Assembly (NCBI GenBank): GCA_020632035.1
Contig: JACKGG010000002.1
Span: forward strand, 88,095 to 152,094
DNA: 64,000 nt
Reading direction: 5' to 3'
Source of the DNA: Candidatus Nomurabacteria bacterium
GTDB taxonomy: Bacteria > Patescibacteriota > Minisyncoccia > Phycocordibacterales > UBA918
Positions within the stretch are counted from its first letter, which is position 1. Each line of letters begins with the position of its first letter. A program made the position numbers and the translations under genes. This document shows positions 17,233 to 27,502 of this stretch, in pieces. The notes below the pieces were generated by a model. The model did not search any database and was not told the DNA's origin. It saw only the letters and a program-made list of their open reading frames with translations.

Positions 17233-18903
17233 CTAATTATCTTGCGGAGCTATGATGTCTGTTTTGAAAATCTTAGTGTGGAATGATCGGTATATTTCTT
17301 TTAGTTCTGGTGAATTAAAAGCCAAGTAAGTAAGCACAACAGCAATCAGACCCATAATAAAGGCCGTCAGACCCTGCAACATAATTCCCAAAAAAGTCTC
17401 TTTGTTTACCCCGTCAACAATAAACGAGAGTGTGACGTATGAAGATATTGCACCTGCAAACGAGGCCAGTATTGCCTGGGTTGTGAGCTTAATAAGAGGA
17501 CGATAGCTCACTTTGAACGTACGTCTAGAAATAGCCAGAAGAAGTACTAGCTGGATAAATTGACCAGCGATAAAAGCTAGTGCTAAGACTAGAATCTCGG
17601 ACCCTGGCACGTCATTTAACCGAAAAACATCCTTTAGTAATATCTGAAAATTAAAATTACTTACGTAAATATTTTTTAATACATAAGCGAAGGCAACAGA
17701 AGCACCTCCACCCAATAAAGCAACCAAGAGCGGTAACTTAGTTCGGCCTCCCGCATAAAAGGCTCTGATCAAAAGCAGAAGAATCGCCTGAGCAAACAGT
17801 GAAATCACGAAAATAGCTAGTACGGCCGCAGTCAAACGAGTATCACCCCAGTCAAATTCCCCGCTACCAAGCAGAACTCTGACTATCTGAGCGCGCAATA
17901 CCACGACCAAGCCAATGACTGGGACAGACCAAAATATAATATGTCTAAGAGCGGTTAGGAGCTGTAAGTTGAAACCTTCATGATCACTCTTAGAATAGAG
18001 ATAAGACAAGGTTGGGAAAGCCGCTACTGAATAACTCATACCAATTACTGCGAGGGGTACCGATTGGAGATTAAAAGCAAACTGAAAAACAGATACCGAA
18101 CCAACTGCCATACCGGAAGCAATCCCAACAAGCACCAAAAGAACAATTTGATTGACCGACAAAGTTAGAGCTCTCGGTACTGACACCGCTAGGATGCTTG
18201 ATATCAAGCGCCATTTAATACGTGGAGCAACCACAAAAGTATATTCGCTGGTGATTATAAACGGTAATTGGATCAACAAATGGCCAAATGCGCCAACTAC
18301 CACACCAACCGCTAGTCCATACATACCAATGACAGGATACAAAAAAACGATCCCTGAAATGATACCAATGTTGTATAAAAGCGGACTGAGGGCATACAAA
18401 ATAAACCGGTGATTCATTTGAGTGACAACTCCACACAAACTAGACAAGCCAAGTAAGAATGGTTGGAGCAAAAGTATCTGAAGTAACGTTACCAAAGTTT
18501 CATAATCACCGACAAAACCAGGAAACAAGTGTGGAACGTACCAAGTGGCTGTTAGAGCCAAGAGGCCAGCCACCAACACATAGACACACAAAAACAAAGT
18601 AAATACTTGACTTAATACTTCCGCACCCGCTTTTTTATCTTCTGTCTCTGTATACTTGTTTACAAATGGAAGAAGTACGTATATCGAAAGTACCGAAGCA
18701 AACAACACAAATAATAAGTCTGGTATGCGGAAAGCTGCGTAATAAAGATCTAGCTCAAAACCTGCCCCAAAAGTATGGGCCAGCAGTCGATCTCGCACGA
18801 TTGCTAATATTTGTGAACCAACTGAAAAAAGCGCAATGATATACGCGGCCTGGTGCAGACCGCGTACTTCTTGGTACACAAAATTAATCACTCGCTTTAC
18901 CAT
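17233..18903 (-). CDS. murJ: lipid II flippase MurJ (MviN family)
   Basis: About 14 TM helices. The N-terminus GSQILAIVRDRLLAHTFGAGFELDLYYAAFRIPDLLF matches the MurJ signature region. Confidence 0.7.
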   Translation of the reverse strand: MVKRVINFVYQEVRGLHQAAYIIALFSVGSQILAIVRDRLLAHTFGAGFELDLYYAAFRIPDLLFVLFASVLSIYVLLPFVNKYTETEDKKAGAEVLSQVFTLFLCVYVLVAGLLALTATWYVPHLFPGFVGDYETLVTLLQILLLQPFLLGLSSLCGVVTQMNHRFILYALSPLLYNIGIISGIVFLYPVIGMYGLAVGVVVGAFGHLLIQLPFIITSEYTFVVAPRIKWRLISSILAVSVPRALTLSVNQIVLLVLVGIASGMAVGSVSVFQFAFNLQSVPLAVIGMSYSVAAFPTLSYLYSKSDHEGFNLQLLTALRHIIFWSVPVIGLVVVLRAQIVRVLLGSGEFDWGDTRLTAAVLAIFVISLFAQAILLLLIRAFYAGGRTKLPLLVALLGGGASVAFAYVLKNIYVSNFNFQILLKDVFRLNDVPGSEILVLALAFIAGQFIQLVLLLAISRRTFKVSYRPLIKLTTQAILASFAGAISSYVTLSFIVDGVNKETFLGIMLQGLTAFIMGLIAVVLTYLAFNSPELKEIYRSFHTKIFKTDIIAPQDN

Positions 18904-18912
18904 AAAAGACTA

Positions 18913-21534
18913 TTACTCTGTCACTTCGGGTTCGGTTTCTTCTAATGTAGTGGTAATTTCTTCAAGTGGCTCTTCTGGAATAACTTCTTCGGTTCGTTCG
19001 GGTGGGTTACTAATTGTATTTATGGTAGAAATCAAATCTGTCTCTTCCGCCCTTTTGCTTGTCTCGTAGTCAACCGAATTTCCGGCAGGTGATACCTCAC
19101 TAACAGGAGTATCCAATCCTAGCTCGGGAGCGATGTTTAAGTCACCAGACTCTACTTTCTGAATAAGGTTTAATAGCTCTTTGTTCTCAGAATTAGTAAC
19201 AGCCACTATTTGCAACTGTTCCAAAGCTTCACTTTGTTTACCAGAATATAGATGAGCCAGGGCCAACAAGTAGCGGGCATTAGCGTACTGAGGGTCCAGT
19301 CTAATTGCCGTCTCCAACGCAAGAACAGCTTCATCATAGTTTTGAACTGAAGATAGCAACATACCAAGCTGGAAGTATCTGGTTGGATTTCTTGGTTCCA
19401 GGGTGATTATTGATTTTGTGGTGACAATCGCTGATTCAGTTTTCCCTTCTTTTATATCTATCTGAGCTGAAAGGAAAAGTGCCTCGGTATAGTTTGGCTT
19501 TAGTTTTAATGACTCTGTTATTTCACTTCGGGCCAAGTCTATATCACCAATCCGAGCCAACATCTGTGCCGCTATCAAGTGATAGCCAGGATTTTGTGGA
19601 TCTAATGTTGTTGCTTCCTCTAAAGCAGCTAGTGCCCTTTCCTTGGCACCACTAACTCCAGCTACAGCAAGACCACTGTACACCCCAGCCAAAATTGCAT
19701 GATTGTCTGGATTAGTGTTGTCTTGAGACAAAGCCTGGTCTACAAATATCTGTGCCTGCTCAACAATACTTAGAAAACGCTGCTGGTCTTCCTCGGTTGG
19801 ATTCTGTACGTTTAATAATGCGTTTAGATTCATAAGTTGAATCTGGGCGCGCAGACTAGCAAAACGATCGTCAGGATACATTTGGAAAGCATCTGTGGCC
19901 ACTTTTTCAAATTCTGCCACTGAAGGAGAGGTGGCCTGAGCTTCTGTGAAGCTCGCTTCAGCAACATACTGCTTACCGACAGAAAGTAGAGACACGCAAA
20001 GATTTGAGATGATAATGATAACGATTGCCATCATGAAAAAACCTCTTCTTCGGTTAGTTACTAATGGTATGGACTTATTCATTTTAGGTAAAAGCGCACT
20101 AGCCGAGACGAAGGTCAAACCAGTGAAAACTGCACCCAATAGTAGTATCGCGGCACCTGGAGTGTAGACATAAGACATGGCCCAAATGAAAAAGGCTGAG
20201 GAGAAGGATACTGCTCCAACAAAATACCAATACGGATCTTGGACATAATTTCGAGACAGGATTCGGAAACCTAAATAAACAAACCAAAGATGGAAAGCGA
20301 TTAACAATGCTCCCCCGACCAATCCAAGGTTAACAAACAGTGTTAACACAAATCCGTTACCAGCGTTAAAATCTGTATCCCAAAAAACAGTTTGGTTGAT
20401 CACTGGGTCTTTGTGTATTCGCCAAGCATCAGCAAATCTGTTTGGACCTATACCCAACAAAGGATCATCGTCAAACACTTTCCTGGCGATCCCCAGGGTA
20501 CCTTCGATCGAAGGTACCACTTCTGCATAATCAACTCGTACTATTTTACTAACAGTATTGCCAGCATAATCTCCCCCAATAACAAACACCGCACTCACTA
20601 TACAGACTATAGTGGTAGCAAATATTAATACACGCGAACTTTCGGCGCCCACTAAAGTTGAATCACTCTGAAACAAAGTGTCACGAGTTATCAGGAAAAG
20701 CAGCATCAAAAGCGCAAAGAAACCAACCACTACCCAGATATTAAAGAAATTTATCACTCCGAGCAATGACAAAGCGACTAAGATAATAACTAAAACCAAA
20801 CTCTGAAGTGAAAGACGAAGTGGTAGAAGAGCCAGGGTGATTAGGCCGAAGATCACCATCATCCCAGACAAGATGCCCAAGTCGTTGAAACCACCAATCG
20901 GTGACACTGTGATTGAACTAAAGCTACCAAAAGACAAAAAATCAGCGCCAAAAAATATTCTGGCCAGACTGTAGAGTAAGACCAAACTGGCAGACATAAC
21001 AAATAGTGAGATGGCCTTTAAAGTGATAGTTTTTGAATTTTGTAATACCAGTGTGATCGTCATAACAGAGGCGAGTGTGGCTAAGAAACCGGCAGTCTGT
21101 ACCTCAAAGGCACTGCCTCTTAGGGAGTCTAGGGTGTCGCCAGAAGAAAAACCAGACACAAAAGCAGTGACCACCACCAGCCAAAAAATGCCCAATGATA
21201 CAGGTAAGACGGTTTTAACCCTAAGCTTTCTTAAGGCCATGAAACAAGCTAGCGTCACCACCACAGCCACCACAGCCATGGATAACATCACTTTGTTAAA
21301 ACTTAAAGATGCCCACAGACCAGGAGCAAAAAAGATCGGTAATAAAAAAAGTAAAATCAAAACTGCATATCGTGACAACTTATGCAACAACTTTGACATC
21401 AGATCTTCTTTTGGTGCTGGCTGGTGTTCTACTTTTGTATGAGTAGAAGGCTTGAAGTTTGGAATAAATTGATTACCTGACATAAATATAACCCCTAAAT
21501 AATATGACTTAATATTAACACATACAAAAAACAC
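18913..21534 (-). CDS. large polytopic membrane protein with an O-antigen-ligase-like domain and C-terminal TPR repeats plus an acidic tail
   Basis: About 12 TM helices in the first 500 aa, then repeated TPR-like A/L/Y-rich 34-mers. The C-terminus is low-complexity and E/T-rich. Confidence 0.45.
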   Translation of the reverse strand: MFFVCVNIKSYYLGVIFMSGNQFIPNFKPSTHTKVEHQPAPKEDLMSKLLHKLSRYAVLILLFLLPIFFAPGLWASLSFNKVMLSMAVVAVVVTLACFMALRKLRVKTVLPVSLGIFWLVVVTAFVSGFSSGDTLDSLRGSAFEVQTAGFLATLASVMTITLVLQNSKTITLKAISLFVMSASLVLLYSLARIFFGADFLSFGSFSSITVSPIGGFNDLGILSGMMVIFGLITLALLPLRLSLQSLVLVIILVALSLLGVINFFNIWVVVGFFALLMLLFLITRDTLFQSDSTLVGAESSRVLIFATTIVCIVSAVFVIGGDYAGNTVSKIVRVDYAEVVPSIEGTLGIARKVFDDDPLLGIGPNRFADAWRIHKDPVINQTVFWDTDFNAGNGFVLTLFVNLGLVGGALLIAFHLWFVYLGFRILSRNYVQDPYWYFVGAVSFSSAFFIWAMSYVYTPGAAILLLGAVFTGLTFVSASALLPKMNKSIPLVTNRRRGFFMMAIVIIIISNLCVSLLSVGKQYVAEASFTEAQATSPSVAEFEKVATDAFQMYPDDRFASLRAQIQLMNLNALLNVQNPTEEDQQRFLSIVEQAQIFVDQALSQDNTNPDNHAILAGVYSGLAVAGVSGAKERALAALEEATTLDPQNPGYHLIAAQMLARIGDIDLARSEITESLKLKPNYTEALFLSAQIDIKEGKTESAIVTTKSIITLEPRNPTRYFQLGMLLSSVQNYDEAVLALETAIRLDPQYANARYLLALAHLYSGKQSEALEQLQIVAVTNSENKELLNLIQKVESGDLNIAPELGLDTPVSEVSPAGNSVDYETSKRAEETDLISTINTISNPPERTEEVIPEEPLEEITTTLEETEPEVTE

Positions 21535-21553
21535 CCTTGCGGGTGTTTTTTGT
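21525..21553 (-). terminator. intrinsic terminator at the rnpB 3' end
   Basis: AAAAAACACCC-TTGC-GGGTGTTTTTT. Confidence 0.6.
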
Positions 21554-21900
21554 ACACATAAGCCGGATTCTGTCAGGCCGAAGCCCGGATGATTATTTAC
21601 CTAGGATGTATATTGCTATACACCTCTTGCGACTCTCTTTGCCGGCTCAAAATCCCAGAAGGATATTGAGCCGGCAAAGCGCGGTCTTGCACGCAGGTAA
21701 GGATTTAGCCGTTTCACCCTCTTGGTTTCCCAAAAGGCTATTCCCGAAGGAACTCCTCAGCTTTCGCTTTGAACGTCTCTGCTCGCACCTCTTATACTGC
21801 TATACGACGGGTGTTACCCGCTACCATCCTCCACAAATAAATGTGGGCGTGTCCGGACTTTCCTCCTCGTATAAATACGAGGCAATCATCGTGTCTGTAC
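21552..21900 (-). ncRNA. rnpB: RNase P RNA (bacterial type), ~350 nt
   Basis: The minus strand carries a P3 hairpin CCTCGTATTTATACGAGG followed by P4 GAGGAAAGTCCGGAC. Near the 3' end it carries ACAGAATCCGGCTTATG (the P4'/P2' consensus ACAGAAUCCGGCUUA). Ends are approximate. Confidence 0.75.
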
Positions 21901-22300
21901 ATTATGCAATATTATTATAAAATTGCAACTTTAATATAAAAATAAAAGGACCCTAGTGGACTCTGCCGAGCATATTGCTACTCAGCGAGGCCCACGTTAG
22001 GGTACTTGACTTTTTCCTATGAGAAGTTGCGCTATTAAGCGTCATTCTCTTTAGCTGGCCAATAGGCTGCTTTTGTAGGGTTGTTTAGCTTGAATGCCGA
22101 TTCATAATTTTAATCAACGAACTGTCGGGTCATGACAGATCATGTTTTCCTCCCATTGTTGGTTGTTTTAAAAATGTCCTGCAGTTGCTAGTATATCGCT
22201 GGATTGAGCGAGCTAGTGGTTAAAACCCACCAGAACTTCAATTTCCCGCTCGAACTGCAGGAAAGGCATACTAGCATGTAATAGATAACTTGTCAACTAT

Positions 22301-22849
22301 TTATTTTACCAAGCTCACTTTATCTCCCACCAAAACAGAATTCCTTTCGACAAACCCTGCATTAGTTTCAATTACGAACCACGCAGGAATTGGCGACTCA
22401 AAGGAATCTGGGTATGTTTCAGGTGAAATATTTTCTTCAATGTGAACCACCTCCCCTTCCTCGGTAGCCCAAATAATATCAATAGCGTAATTCATGTCTT
22501 TCATCCAAATAGCGTGACTACCATAGGCACCAAACACAAACATTTTTACTACATTGTCGGGTAAGAACGGTGTGTTTGACAATCCTTTAATTCTTTCTGG
22601 CAAAGAGTCGGCGATTGAAGCTCTGACACTAGTGCTACCAATAGCCAAGGCAACGGTGTTCGGGTATACCAATTTCCAATCTTCTATTTTTACCTCTTCT
22701 TTTAGATCTTCTCTTTGTTCGTAGTCTCCCCTAGCCACAGCATCACGGACTGACTGTTGTTCATATTGGACAGCAAAGTATATCCAGGCGCCACCTCCAA
22801 TTAAAACCAAAACCAATATAACCATCACTATCCGTTCAGCAATTTTCAT
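22301..22849 (-). CDS. DUF192-domain protein with an N-terminal TM anchor
   Basis: C-terminal ~110 aa fit the DUF192 pattern (..FGAYGSHAIWMKDMNYAIDIIW..EGEVVHIEEN..P..PAWFVIETNAGF..GDKV). Confidence 0.45.
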   Translation of the reverse strand: MKIAERIVMVILVLVLIGGGAWIYFAVQYEQQSVRDAVARGDYEQREDLKEEVKIEDWKLVYPNTVALAIGSTSVRASIADSLPERIKGLSNTPFLPDNVVKMFVFGAYGSHAIWMKDMNYAIDIIWATEEGEVVHIEENISPETYPDSFESPIPAWFVIETNAGFVERNSVLVGDKVSLVK

Positions 22850-22869
22850 ATATTTATGAGTATAACATT

Positions 22870-24141
22870 TTACAGCATGATGAGCGTAGCCAGCCCTAAG
22901 AGGAAGAAAATACCTAGTACGTCTGTTGCAGTAGTTATAAAAATAGTGGAAGTGGCCGCTGGGTCATTACCCAATTGCTTCATAACAAGCGGTACTAAAG
23001 ATCCTGCTACTGCTGCTACTATATGCGCACCAATAAGAGCAAGAGCTACCACCAAACCGAGAATCGGCTCACCATTCCAGAGCGATGAGACAATAGCTAC
23101 AATACCTCCGATGATTATCCCGTTTATAAAGCCAGCCATAAGTTCTCGCCAGATAGCCGGCATGGCGTTTTGCAGCGAGATGGTACCCAAGGTAATACCA
23201 CGAACCATAATAGCAAATGACTGAGTGGCCGCGTTCCCTCCCATACCGGCAATGATCGGAATATAGACAGAAAGAATTGTGAGCTTATCTAACGTGCCTT
23301 GAAAAGCTAAGACAACCGAACCAGCCAAGAAACAAGTAGCTAAGTTAAGAATCAGCCATTTATATCTATTCCTCACTTTGCGGCCGACAGCGTCGAAAGG
23401 TCTTTCGGTATCAAGCACACCGGCATAATCGTATAGTGACTCAGCTGGTAAGTGGCCGAATAAAGTCCGGACAGCTTCAGCGTACACAATACCTAGCACA
23501 CTGGTATCGTGATCTAAGATAATAATTTTCTTACTATTAGTACTAACGATGTTATCAATGATTTCATTGACCTCAGACTGATAAGTCATGGTCTGAACAG
23601 GTGTAACGCACTTTTTTAGTAAGACGGTGTTTCTTTCTCTAACTATGACCGAAAGCGAGACCTCACCAATCAGTTCGCCATTATTATGAACCAAAACTTC
23701 GGGGTAATGGGCTGTTTCTTCGTAATGTTCGCCAATTATTTCAGAGGCTCTTTTAATAGTGATATTACCATCTAAAAAAAGGTAGTTAAAATTTATCAGA
23801 GACAAAGTGGCCTTAGGGTGGAAGCGTAAAAAGTAGTCGATTTTTTCCTTAACATCACCTTTTAGTCTTTGGACCACTTTGTCTCTTCGTTTTGCGTTAG
23901 TGATTCGAGCCAAGATATGCTGGGCTTGTTGCATATCCATATGGTCTAGCATCTCTACTATTTCGTGGATACTTAGTTGCTTAAGGATAGATTGTTGTAC
24001 ATAAGGCGACAATTTCTCAAATACTGCGCTCCGAGCCGGAACTCCCATTTCACGCAAAATATCCATCCTTCCGTGAGTGTTATAAGTAAGTCTCTTTACG
24101 TAATCGCTTTCACCCTTTGCCATGTATTTTAAGTATATCAA
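22870..24141 (-). CDS. mgtE: magnesium transporter MgtE
   Basis: MgtE N-domain, CBS pair, and a C-terminal 5-TM domain with GGNAATQS-like and D-rich pore motifs. Confidence 0.8.
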   Translation of the reverse strand: MIYLKYMAKGESDYVKRLTYNTHGRMDILREMGVPARSAVFEKLSPYVQQSILKQLSIHEIVEMLDHMDMQQAQHILARITNAKRRDKVVQRLKGDVKEKIDYFLRFHPKATLSLINFNYLFLDGNITIKRASEIIGEHYEETAHYPEVLVHNNGELIGEVSLSVIVRERNTVLLKKCVTPVQTMTYQSEVNEIIDNIVSTNSKKIIILDHDTSVLGIVYAEAVRTLFGHLPAESLYDYAGVLDTERPFDAVGRKVRNRYKWLILNLATCFLAGSVVLAFQGTLDKLTILSVYIPIIAGMGGNAATQSFAIMVRGITLGTISLQNAMPAIWRELMAGFINGIIIGGIVAIVSSLWNGEPILGLVVALALIGAHIVAAVAGSLVPLVMKQLGNDPAATSTIFITTATDVLGIFFLLGLATLIML

Positions 24142-24169
24142 GCAGATTTAAATAAAAGTGTGGTTGTAC

Positions 24170-24206
24170 AAATAAAACGGCGCACCTTTGGTGCGCCGTT
24201 TTATTC
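24170..24206 (-). terminator. intrinsic terminator downstream of the SurA_N-like gene
   Basis: AAATAAAACGGCGCACC-TTTG-GTGCGCCGTTTTATT. Confidence 0.6.
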
Positions 24207-24228
24207 AAAACTTAAAAAAGATTCTTAA

Positions 24229-25017
24229 TTATTCAACAATTTCAATCTCTGCCGTAGCTCTTAGTTCCGCCAAGTAAGTGTCGACTACTTCCTGTTCTTT
24301 AGAAGTTCGAATCTGTTCAGCTATTTGATCTGTTACATCTTCGAGTGCTGGCAATCCTGCCTCTTCCCCACCAGCTTGATTGTAAACATCTGAAATCTCT
24401 TCCTCAGTTACATTAATATTATTTTCACTGAAAACCTCATCTAGCAAAACCTTGATTAGTAACTCATCCTTAACGTCTTCTTGTAATTTCTCCACTCCGA
24501 TTCCAAGCGAATTCATTTTTTCATTCAAAACTTCTTCGCCGCCAAGCTCGGTCTTTATCTCCTCCAACCTTGTGTCTACTTGCTCATCAGAAATAGACAA
24601 TCCTCTCTCTGCCGCCGCCTGCTTTAGTAACTCTGTATTAACTAATACTTCTAGTGACTGTTTATGGATTTTTGCCTTAGTGTCTTCACTGGAAATATCA
24701 ACCCCTTGAGCAATAGCCATTTGGTTAAATTGTTCAATACTTATTTCTAGATTTTTGTTAAGTAAGTCTTCACCGTTTACAACCGCCACTACACGATTTG
24801 CTTCTTGATTAGCCAGGTAGGTACCAAAGAAATTTGTAGACGACCGTCCCTCTTTTTCTAATTGAAATAAAACTCCCAAAATTATCACTATTACGATAGC
24901 GATAGAAATAACATAAAATTTGACAGACAATTTACGTACTGGTTCAGAAACGGTAGTTGTTTCTGAAGAAGTCAGGGTAGACTCCGCGGATGTTGGTTTT
25001 GTTTCGTGTTCACTCAT
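24229..25017 (-). CDS. membrane-anchored SurA N-terminal-domain-like chaperone (no PPIase domain)
   Basis: Thr/Ser-rich N-terminus, one TM, then a SurA_N-type helical domain (..AVVNGEDLLNKNLEISIEQFNQMAIAQG..). Confidence 0.4.
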   Translation of the reverse strand: MSEHETKPTSAESTLTSSETTTVSEPVRKLSVKFYVISIAIVIVIILGVLFQLEKEGRSSTNFFGTYLANQEANRVVAVVNGEDLLNKNLEISIEQFNQMAIAQGVDISSEDTKAKIHKQSLEVLVNTELLKQAAAERGLSISDEQVDTRLEEIKTELGGEEVLNEKMNSLGIGVEKLQEDVKDELLIKVLLDEVFSENNINVTEEEISDVYNQAGGEEAGLPALEDVTDQIAEQIRTSKEQEVVDTYLAELRATAEIEIVE

Positions 25018-25107
25018 GATGAAATTTACTCATTATTATAATAGTCCGTTCTGTGCTCATACTAAAGACCAAAACGCATTAGCTAGAATATTACACTAGC
25101 TAGCCGA

Positions 25108-25857
25108 CTATGACAAAGCTCTCGGGTGTTGAGCACTCCAGCTAGCTAGGACAATCGCAGTTGCGGCAGCGGCGTTTAGAGACTCACATTGTGGATGAAT
25201 CGGTATAGAAATAAGCTCGTCACAGACCTCTTTGGTCTTCTCGCGGAGTCCACTTCCCTCGTTACCTAAAACAAAAACCGATGGTCTGGTGAACCTTTCC
25301 GTCACGGTCGAAGTGGTGCCCTTACCCTCGAGCCCATAGACCCAATAACCATCCTTTTGTAAGTCTCGGAGCACAGTGTTCACGTTTGAAATGGTGACTA
25401 ACGGAATTCGAAAAGCCATACCGGCCGAAACCTTAACTACCGTACCAGTAACTGGAGCTTGATTGTGTGGAGGAATTAGTACTCCCTTAATACCAAAAGC
25501 AGCCGCCGAACGAATCACAGCGCCGACATTGTGTGGGTCTTGCACTTCTCCTAGCACTAAAAGTGCGGTGTCGGGCGAGTTATTCAAAGAATCTTTGAAA
25601 TCTTTGTACGGTATAGTTAATTTTTCAGCCAAGATTCCAAGCACGATTCCTTGATGTGCGTCATTAGAAGAAATACGACGCGGCGGATTTTTTAGATTGA
25701 GAACTTTAGTGGCGACTTTATTCTTTTCCAAAAGCTTCAAAATCTTCTCCATCGAAAAATCCGCCGCTACATGAGCCTCCGCCACTACGTCCGGCCGCTC
25801 TTGCAGCACCTCTACAGCCGCGTGCTTACCAAAAATATATTCTACTTCCGCTTTCAT
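25108..25857 (-). CDS. TrmH/SpoU-family RNA 2'-O-methyltransferase (RlmB-like)
   Basis: N-terminal substrate-binding domain, LVLGNEGSGL and IPIHPQCESLNAAAATAIVL motifs. Confidence 0.75.
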   Translation of the reverse strand: MKAEVEYIFGKHAAVEVLQERPDVVAEAHVAADFSMEKILKLLEKNKVATKVLNLKNPPRRISSNDAHQGIVLGILAEKLTIPYKDFKDSLNNSPDTALLVLGEVQDPHNVGAVIRSAAAFGIKGVLIPPHNQAPVTGTVVKVSAGMAFRIPLVTISNVNTVLRDLQKDGYWVYGLEGKGTTSTVTERFTRPSVFVLGNEGSGLREKTKEVCDELISIPIHPQCESLNAAAATAIVLASWSAQHPRALS

Positions 25858-25885
25858 ATTGAGCGCATACTAGCACAAAATAAGA

Positions 25886-27292
25886 CTAGTGCGAGCTGTT
25901 AGCAATAGACTTTATGTATTCAATCAACTTATCTTGCATAGCTTGTGCCTCCCGCTTTTTAGACGACTCAAACATTACTTTAAGTGCGTACTCGGTAACA
26001 CTAGGCTTTACCCCTCCCCATACACCACCAAAATCAACCACCAAACCATCAAACCGTTTTAGATTTTTTGGTTTCATTTTTTTTATAAAAGCTTCTGTCT
26101 TGGCGAGCGCCACTTTCTTATCTTTCACTTTCACAATCACATCTTCTGTTTGCTGGTACTTCAAGTAGGGCTTCATCATCTCTCCAAATGTCTTTCCGGA
26201 CGCTTTAGCCTCGGCATAACAATCTAGTACAGAAAGTAAAGTAAAGGTAACTGAATCAGTGAAAAAATAATCTTTGAAATAAAAGTGCCCAGAATGCTCA
26301 CAAGCAAAAAGAACATCTTTCTTTCTCATGGTTTCCTTAATATAAGCGTGTCCTACTCGAGCTATCACTGGCTTACCTCCGCCGGCCTCAATTGCTTCTT
26401 GATAAGAACGACTAGTCAGCATTGTGTAGCCAATCTTTGCACCCGAGTTCTTTTTGAGCATCTGCTCAGCAATCAAGGCTCCTATCACAGCGCTGTTAAT
26501 ATACTTTCCATTTTCATCCAGGAAAGCGATTCGGTCAGAGTCTCCATCAAAAGCTACCCCAAAGTCATATTTGCCTTTCTTTAATTTTTCTCGGAGCGGT
26601 TTTTGGTGTTTAAGTAGCGTTGGGTCAGAACCTCGGTTCGGGAAGGCTCCGTCGAACTTAGGAAACATTACTTCAAATTTCATTGGTAGCTTTTCTTGAA
26701 GCAAAGGCAAAAGTACTCCTGCCATACCATTCCCAGCGTCTGCCACAATTCTGATTCCTTTTAACTTATTAGCCTTATAGCTTTTAAGTACAAACTTCTG
26801 ATAAGCCTTCAGAATTTTCTTTTGTGAAACCGTACCGCGCTTTTTACCGTCAACAAATTTACCTTTCTCTATCCGCCTGCGAAGTTTTCCTAGTCCAGAC
26901 TGCTCAGTCAGCGGGATGGCTTGAGCGTGCACCAATTTCATTCCATTAAATTCCTTTGGGCTATGTGAAGCGGTTATCATTACTCCCGGTAAGTTCATCG
27001 TGCCAGAAGCAAAGTACAGAGCTGGCGAATGCACCATGCCGACATCAACCACCGATGCGCCTGAGTCAGACGCACCCTTAAGAAAAGCTTCGTGTAGCTG
27101 AGGAGTAGATAGTCGCATATCCCTTGCTACTATAATTTTCTTGTATCCAAACTCCTCGACAAAAGCACGAGCGACGAAATAAACTAGCTCCTCATCAATT
27201 TCAGTCGGATAAATCCCCCTTATATCAGCTTCTTTAAAGGCCCGCCTATAATCTGCCTGCAATTTCATTTTCATATTGAACATATTATACAA
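25886..27292 (-). CDS. phosphohexomutase (phosphomannomutase/phosphoglucomutase family)
   Basis: Active-site serine loop TASHSPKEFNG, metal-binding DGDSDR, and a sugar-binding region. Confidence 0.75.
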   Translation of the reverse strand: MYNMFNMKMKLQADYRRAFKEADIRGIYPTEIDEELVYFVARAFVEEFGYKKIIVARDMRLSTPQLHEAFLKGASDSGASVVDVGMVHSPALYFASGTMNLPGVMITASHSPKEFNGMKLVHAQAIPLTEQSGLGKLRRRIEKGKFVDGKKRGTVSQKKILKAYQKFVLKSYKANKLKGIRIVADAGNGMAGVLLPLLQEKLPMKFEVMFPKFDGAFPNRGSDPTLLKHQKPLREKLKKGKYDFGVAFDGDSDRIAFLDENGKYINSAVIGALIAEQMLKKNSGAKIGYTMLTSRSYQEAIEAGGGKPVIARVGHAYIKETMRKKDVLFACEHSGHFYFKDYFFTDSVTFTLLSVLDCYAEAKASGKTFGEMMKPYLKYQQTEDVIVKVKDKKVALAKTEAFIKKMKPKNLKRFDGLVVDFGGVWGGVKPSVTEYALKVMFESSKKREAQAMQDKLIEYIKSIANSSH

Positions 27293-27325
27293 GACGAACG
27301 ATGAAACTATTTACCACAACAAACA

Positions 27326-27354
27326 TTGACAAAGAATCAAAATGTATTACTATA
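27326..27354 (+). promoter_or_regulatory. candidate sigma70-type promoter for the DEAD-box helicase, followed by a ~150-nt hairpin-rich leader
   Basis: TTGACA at 27326-31, then TACTAT/ACTATA 16-17 bp downstream. The leader contains the palindromes CAGACGTCTG and CACGTCTGGAG. Confidence 0.3.
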
Positions 27355-27502
27355 GCCGGACGCTTATGTTACTCGTGTAGATCTCATTAGCTACAGACGT
27401 CTGATTTTGATTACATTTTCAGGTTTCTGAATTTACAACCTGCACGTCTGGAGCAAACTATACGTTAAATACGTAACTACCCTCCATTAATAAAATAAAT
27501 AG

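Noticed and set aside
21537-21920. ORF-track CDS of 127 aa on the plus strand
   Set aside because: It lies entirely antisense to RNase P RNA, whose conserved P3/P4/P4' elements are clear. It is a spurious ORF.
21900-22300. tmRNA or SRP RNA in the long spacer upstream of rnpB
   Set aside because: I found no tRNA-Ala-like acceptor/T-arm with a tag-peptide ORF ending in a ..AA stop, and no SRP domain-IV GGAA-tetraloop helix. This is left as an unexplained spacer and not called as a gene.
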